From an uncultured virus (IMG/VR IMGVR_UViG_3300030329_002891) (taxonomy: Duplodnaviria > Heunggongvirae > Uroviricota > Caudoviricetes): a stretch of DNA of 20,000 nt. Of the stretch, positions 17,825 through 20,000 are shown one piece after another; the first letter of the stretch is position 1; every line of letters starts with the position of its first letter. Location: IMG/VR virus record IMGVR_UViG_3300030329_002891; one strand, given 5' to 3'. The notes beneath the pieces were generated by a model, which had not been told where the DNA came from, did not search any database, and saw only the letters and a program-made list of their open reading frames with translations. The position numbers and the translations under genes are program-made.

Positions 17825-17828
17825 TAAT

Positions 17829-18215
17829 ATGTTAAGTCAAATATTTAGTAGCGGTGCTGCAGAATTAGTTAAAGGAGTTGGCGGAGTAATTGATGATCTT
17901 CATACTTCTGAAGAAGAAAAGCTGCAAGCTGAGCAAAAAATAAAAGATATGATAATGGGTTATGAAGCAGAAATGCAAAAACAAATAACTGAAAGATGGA
18001 AAGTTGATATGAAATCTGACTCATGGTTAAGTAAAAATATAAGGCCAATGGTTTTAATTTTTCTTGTTGTAAGTACTGTGCTTTTGATTTTTATAGATGC
18101 TGGAGCTATTACATTTGAAGTAAAAGCATCATGGGTAGATTTATTACAATTAGTATTAATAACTGTTATAGGGGCTTATTTTGGAGGAAGATCTCTAGAA
18201 AAAGTAAAAAAATGA
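17829..18215 (+). CDS. Holin, 3-TM GTA-type family
   Basis: DDLHTS.EEKL, RW..DM.SDSWLSKNIRP, two TMs and YFGGRSLEK match the GTA_holin_3TM pattern. Confidence 0.82.
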   Translation: MLSQIFSSGAAELVKGVGGVIDDLHTSEEEKLQAEQKIKDMIMGYEAEMQKQITERWKVDMKSDSWLSKNIRPMVLIFLVVSTVLLIFIDAGAITFEVKASWVDLLQLVLITVIGAYFGGRSLEKVKK

Positions 18216-18490
18216 AAAGAATAATGGATAGGATTGAAAAAGACGAAGAACAAATGTTTCATGAGTCTATGCAAAACGCCTATCTACTAGTAACTAAACA
18301 GTTGACTTTTAATGACTTATTTGAATACAATGGGTGTGTATTACCTTATCATCCTAAAAAAAAGATAGATGATGCTGTATTTAAGGAATTAATTGATTAT
18401 TTTTGTACGTTAGAAGAGTACGAAAAATGTGGGGATTTAAAAAAGGTAAAAGAAAACAAAGAATATAATAAAAATTTCATAAATTTGTAA
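18212..18490 (+). CDS. Hypothetical protein (92 aa) with UVR-like EEYEKC motif
   Basis: ATGA overlap with the holin stop gives start 18212. LIDYF...EEYEKCGDLK resembles the UVR helical hairpin motif. Confidence 0.6.
   Translation: MKRIMDRIEKDEEQMFHESMQNAYLLVTKQLTFNDLFEYNGCVLPYHPKKKIDDAVFKELIDYFCTLEEYEKCGDLKKVKENKEYNKNFINL
18480..18487 (+). promoter_or_regulatory. Putative Bacteroidota -7 promoter element (TAnnTTTG)
   Basis: TAAATTTG followed by TAAAAA, 16 nt before ATG 18504. Same context as the site at 6220. Confidence 0.45.
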
Positions 18491-18503
18491 AAAATAAAAA
18501 ACA

Positions 18504-18893
18504 ATGGCAAAAAACTATACATTAAACTGTTCTCTTAGTATGACTGCTAATTCTGCAACAGGGTATTCACAAGCACAAAGTGGATCTTATACACTAAATA
18601 TAACAGGTGTAGATCAAATAGCAACAGGTAGAATAGATGTCGCTCATGATGGAGACTCAACAGTTATGGCTGCTCCAGGATACGGAAGAGTGATTTATGT
18701 TAAAAATTTAGATGATACTAATTTTGTAAAAATTTATGATGGAGCATCATCAGCTGCTGATCTAATAGGTATATTAGAGCCAGGACAATTTTTAATGACA
18801 ATTATAAGAGGGACAGCAACAACAACTGCAAAAGCAGATACAGCAACTGTAACTATAGAGTATGCTGCAATAGAAATAGACGCTAACGCATAA
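18504..18893 (+). CDS. Small beta-sandwich virion protein candidate, paralog A
   Basis: 129 aa, Thr/Ala/Ser rich. IYVKNLDDTNFVKI...ILEPGQF aligns with the next ORF. Confidence 0.55.
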   Translation: MAKNYTLNCSLSMTANSATGYSQAQSGSYTLNITGVDQIATGRIDVAHDGDSTVMAAPGYGRVIYVKNLDDTNFVKIYDGASSAADLIGILEPGQFLMTIIRGTATTTAKADTATVTIEYAAIEIDANA

Positions 18894-18909
18894 AATAAAA
18901 TAAAATAAT

Positions 18910-19335
18910 ATGGCAACACAATCATTATCAGTAACAGTTTCAGGAAGTATATCATTAAGTGATTCAGATGGAAATCAAGTATTATCATTTTCACCATCTT
19001 TTACAACAAATAGCACAACTGTAGACTCTAATATATTACACACAGGAGAAATTTTAGTAGGCACATCAGCAACAACTATTTCTAGTGCGACTAATAATAA
19101 AGATATGATTTTTACATTTGTAAAAAATGTAGACACAGATTATCCAATAGCAGTACAGCCAGATGGTGATGTAATTGCAGATTTAAAACCAGGAGAGTGT
19201 ATGTTTTCACCAGTACATGTAGATGGTGCTGGAGACGGCTCTACAAACTTAGATTTAATAGCAACTACTGCTGCGCAAAAAGCACAATATTTATTATGTG
19301 ATGGTCCTGATACTGGAATAGCATCAGATGACTAA
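18910..19335 (+). CDS. Small beta-sandwich virion protein candidate, paralog B
   Basis: 141 aa. TFVKNVDTDYPIAV...DLKPGEC aligns with the previous ORF. Confidence 0.55.
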   Translation: MATQSLSVTVSGSISLSDSDGNQVLSFSPSFTTNSTTVDSNILHTGEILVGTSATTISSATNNKDMIFTFVKNVDTDYPIAVQPDGDVIADLKPGECMFSPVHVDGAGDGSTNLDLIATTAAQKAQYLLCDGPDTGIASDD

Positions 19336-19346
19336 AATATAAATAA

Positions 19347-19817
19347 ATGAAACTTAAGGTAGTAAGATTTAGTAGCCAGGAGGATAGTACTTCTGGCTTA
19401 CTTTTTTTAGAGCAAAATAATAAGTTAGAATTTTTATGTTATACATTAGAAGATGAATATAGAAAGTCTAAAGTTAGGGGAGAAACAAGAGTACCTGCTG
19501 GTGTATATAAAATACAATTAAGAAAAGAAGGTGGATTCCATCAAAGATATACCAAGAAATATGGTAGTATGCATAAAGGAATGTTACACGTTACTAATGT
19601 ACCAGGTTTTGAATATATTCTTATACATACTGGTAATACTGATGAACACACTGCTGGATGTCTTCTTGTGGGTGATTCGCAAGAAAATAATGCAATCATC
19701 AAAGATGGTTTCATTGGTAAATCCAATAATGCGTATAAAAGAATATATCCAGATATTGCAAAAGCTGTAGAAACAGAAGGAGTAATTATAGAGTATATAG
19801 ATCTTGATACTAAATAA
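19347..19817 (+). CDS. DUF5675-family protein, L,D-transpeptidase-like; putative endolysin
   Basis: ST.GLL...CYTLED...ETRVPAGVY...VPGFEYILIHTGNT...TAGCLLVG, with a His...Gly-Cys catalytic arrangement. Lies near the holin. Confidence 0.8.
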   Translation: MKLKVVRFSSQEDSTSGLLFLEQNNKLEFLCYTLEDEYRKSKVRGETRVPAGVYKIQLRKEGGFHQRYTKKYGSMHKGMLHVTNVPGFEYILIHTGNTDEHTAGCLLVGDSQENNAIIKDGFIGKSNNAYKRIYPDIAKAVETEGVIIEYIDLDTK

Positions 19818-19819
19818 TT

Positions 19820-20000
19820 ATGATACAAAAATTTCTTAACAGAATAAGATTAAAAGGTTTACGTAATATAGATTCACCAAACGTCCTTGTTGTAGATGAC
19901 AATGGAGATATAGGTATTAATGAAGATTTAGGAGGTGATATAAATGCTGTTCAAATCCAAACTGATAGTGGCGCGGGTAGTAAAGCTTCAGATCTTGACG
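19820..20000 (+). CDS. Partial ORF running off the window; possible tail-fibre-like protein
   Basis: ATG 19820, 2 nt after the previous stop, open to the end: MIQKFLNRIRLKGLRNIDSPNVLVVDDNGDIGINEDLGGDINAVQIQTDSGAGSKASDLD... Confidence 0.6.
   Translation, partial: MIQKFLNRIRLKGLRNIDSPNVLVVDDNGDIGINEDLGGDINAVQIQTDSGAGSKASDLD

Noticed and set aside
12069..18211. ORF-track starts at 12069, 14060, 14433, 15120 and 18131
   Set aside because: They overlap upstream genes more than needed; downstream ATGs at 12075, 14081, 14487, 15132 and 18212 fit stop/start coupling better.
18719..19120. Extra TAnnTTTG-TAAAAA matches at 18719 and 19113
   Set aside because: Both lie in coding sequence at Phe-Val-Lys codons and are explained by the protein sequence.
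19531..19770. Alternate-frame plus-strand ORF within the DUF5675 gene
   Set aside because: Fully nested, with no motif or initiation context; likely incidental.
14..19817. Stop-codon reassignment (TAG or TGA), known in some crAss-like phages
   Set aside because: Long ORFs are intact and tile the window under the standard code. TAG at 13206-13208 ends the barrel exactly at its terminal Phe, and TGA at 18213-18215 ends the holin at its expected C-terminus.
6209..19819. Intrinsic terminators, tRNA or other structured RNA
   Set aside because: Intergenic gaps are at most a few tens of nt and almost purely A/T; no GC hairpin with U-tract or cloverleaf was seen by eye.
1180..19828. Minus-strand ORFs in the track (e.g. 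1180, 2011, 4813, 8078, 9101, 10975, 12520, 12886, 13716, 15113, 17153, 18734, 19541)
   Set aside because: All are antisense shadows of well-supported plus-strand genes and have no recognisable motifs.

Overview
AT-rich, gene-dense, entirely plus-strand segment of a tailed dsDNA bacteriophage, most consistent with a crAss-like/phi14:2-like phage of a Bacteroidota (probably aquatic Flavobacteriia) host. It begins inside a >2064-aa protein carrying two-barrel RNA polymerase motifs (RxP...GADLDGD), a probable virion-packaged RNAP whose C-terminus looks like an ejection/cargo-protein region. Next come a tandem pair of small paralogs and three LamG/CBM-like adhesin genes, two starting with an LGLG-type docking peptide. 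Then follows an unusual block of envelope-targeted proteins: two outer-membrane beta-barrel candidates, an exported thioredoxin fold lacking CxxC, several small membrane proteins, an SNase-family nuclease, and an 820-aa Cys-repeat protein ending in a type IX secretion (T9SS) sorting domain. The window ends with a 3-TM holin, a second paralog pair, a DUF5675-like putative lysin and the start of a fibre-like gene. All family calls come from reading motifs by eye; no database search was run.
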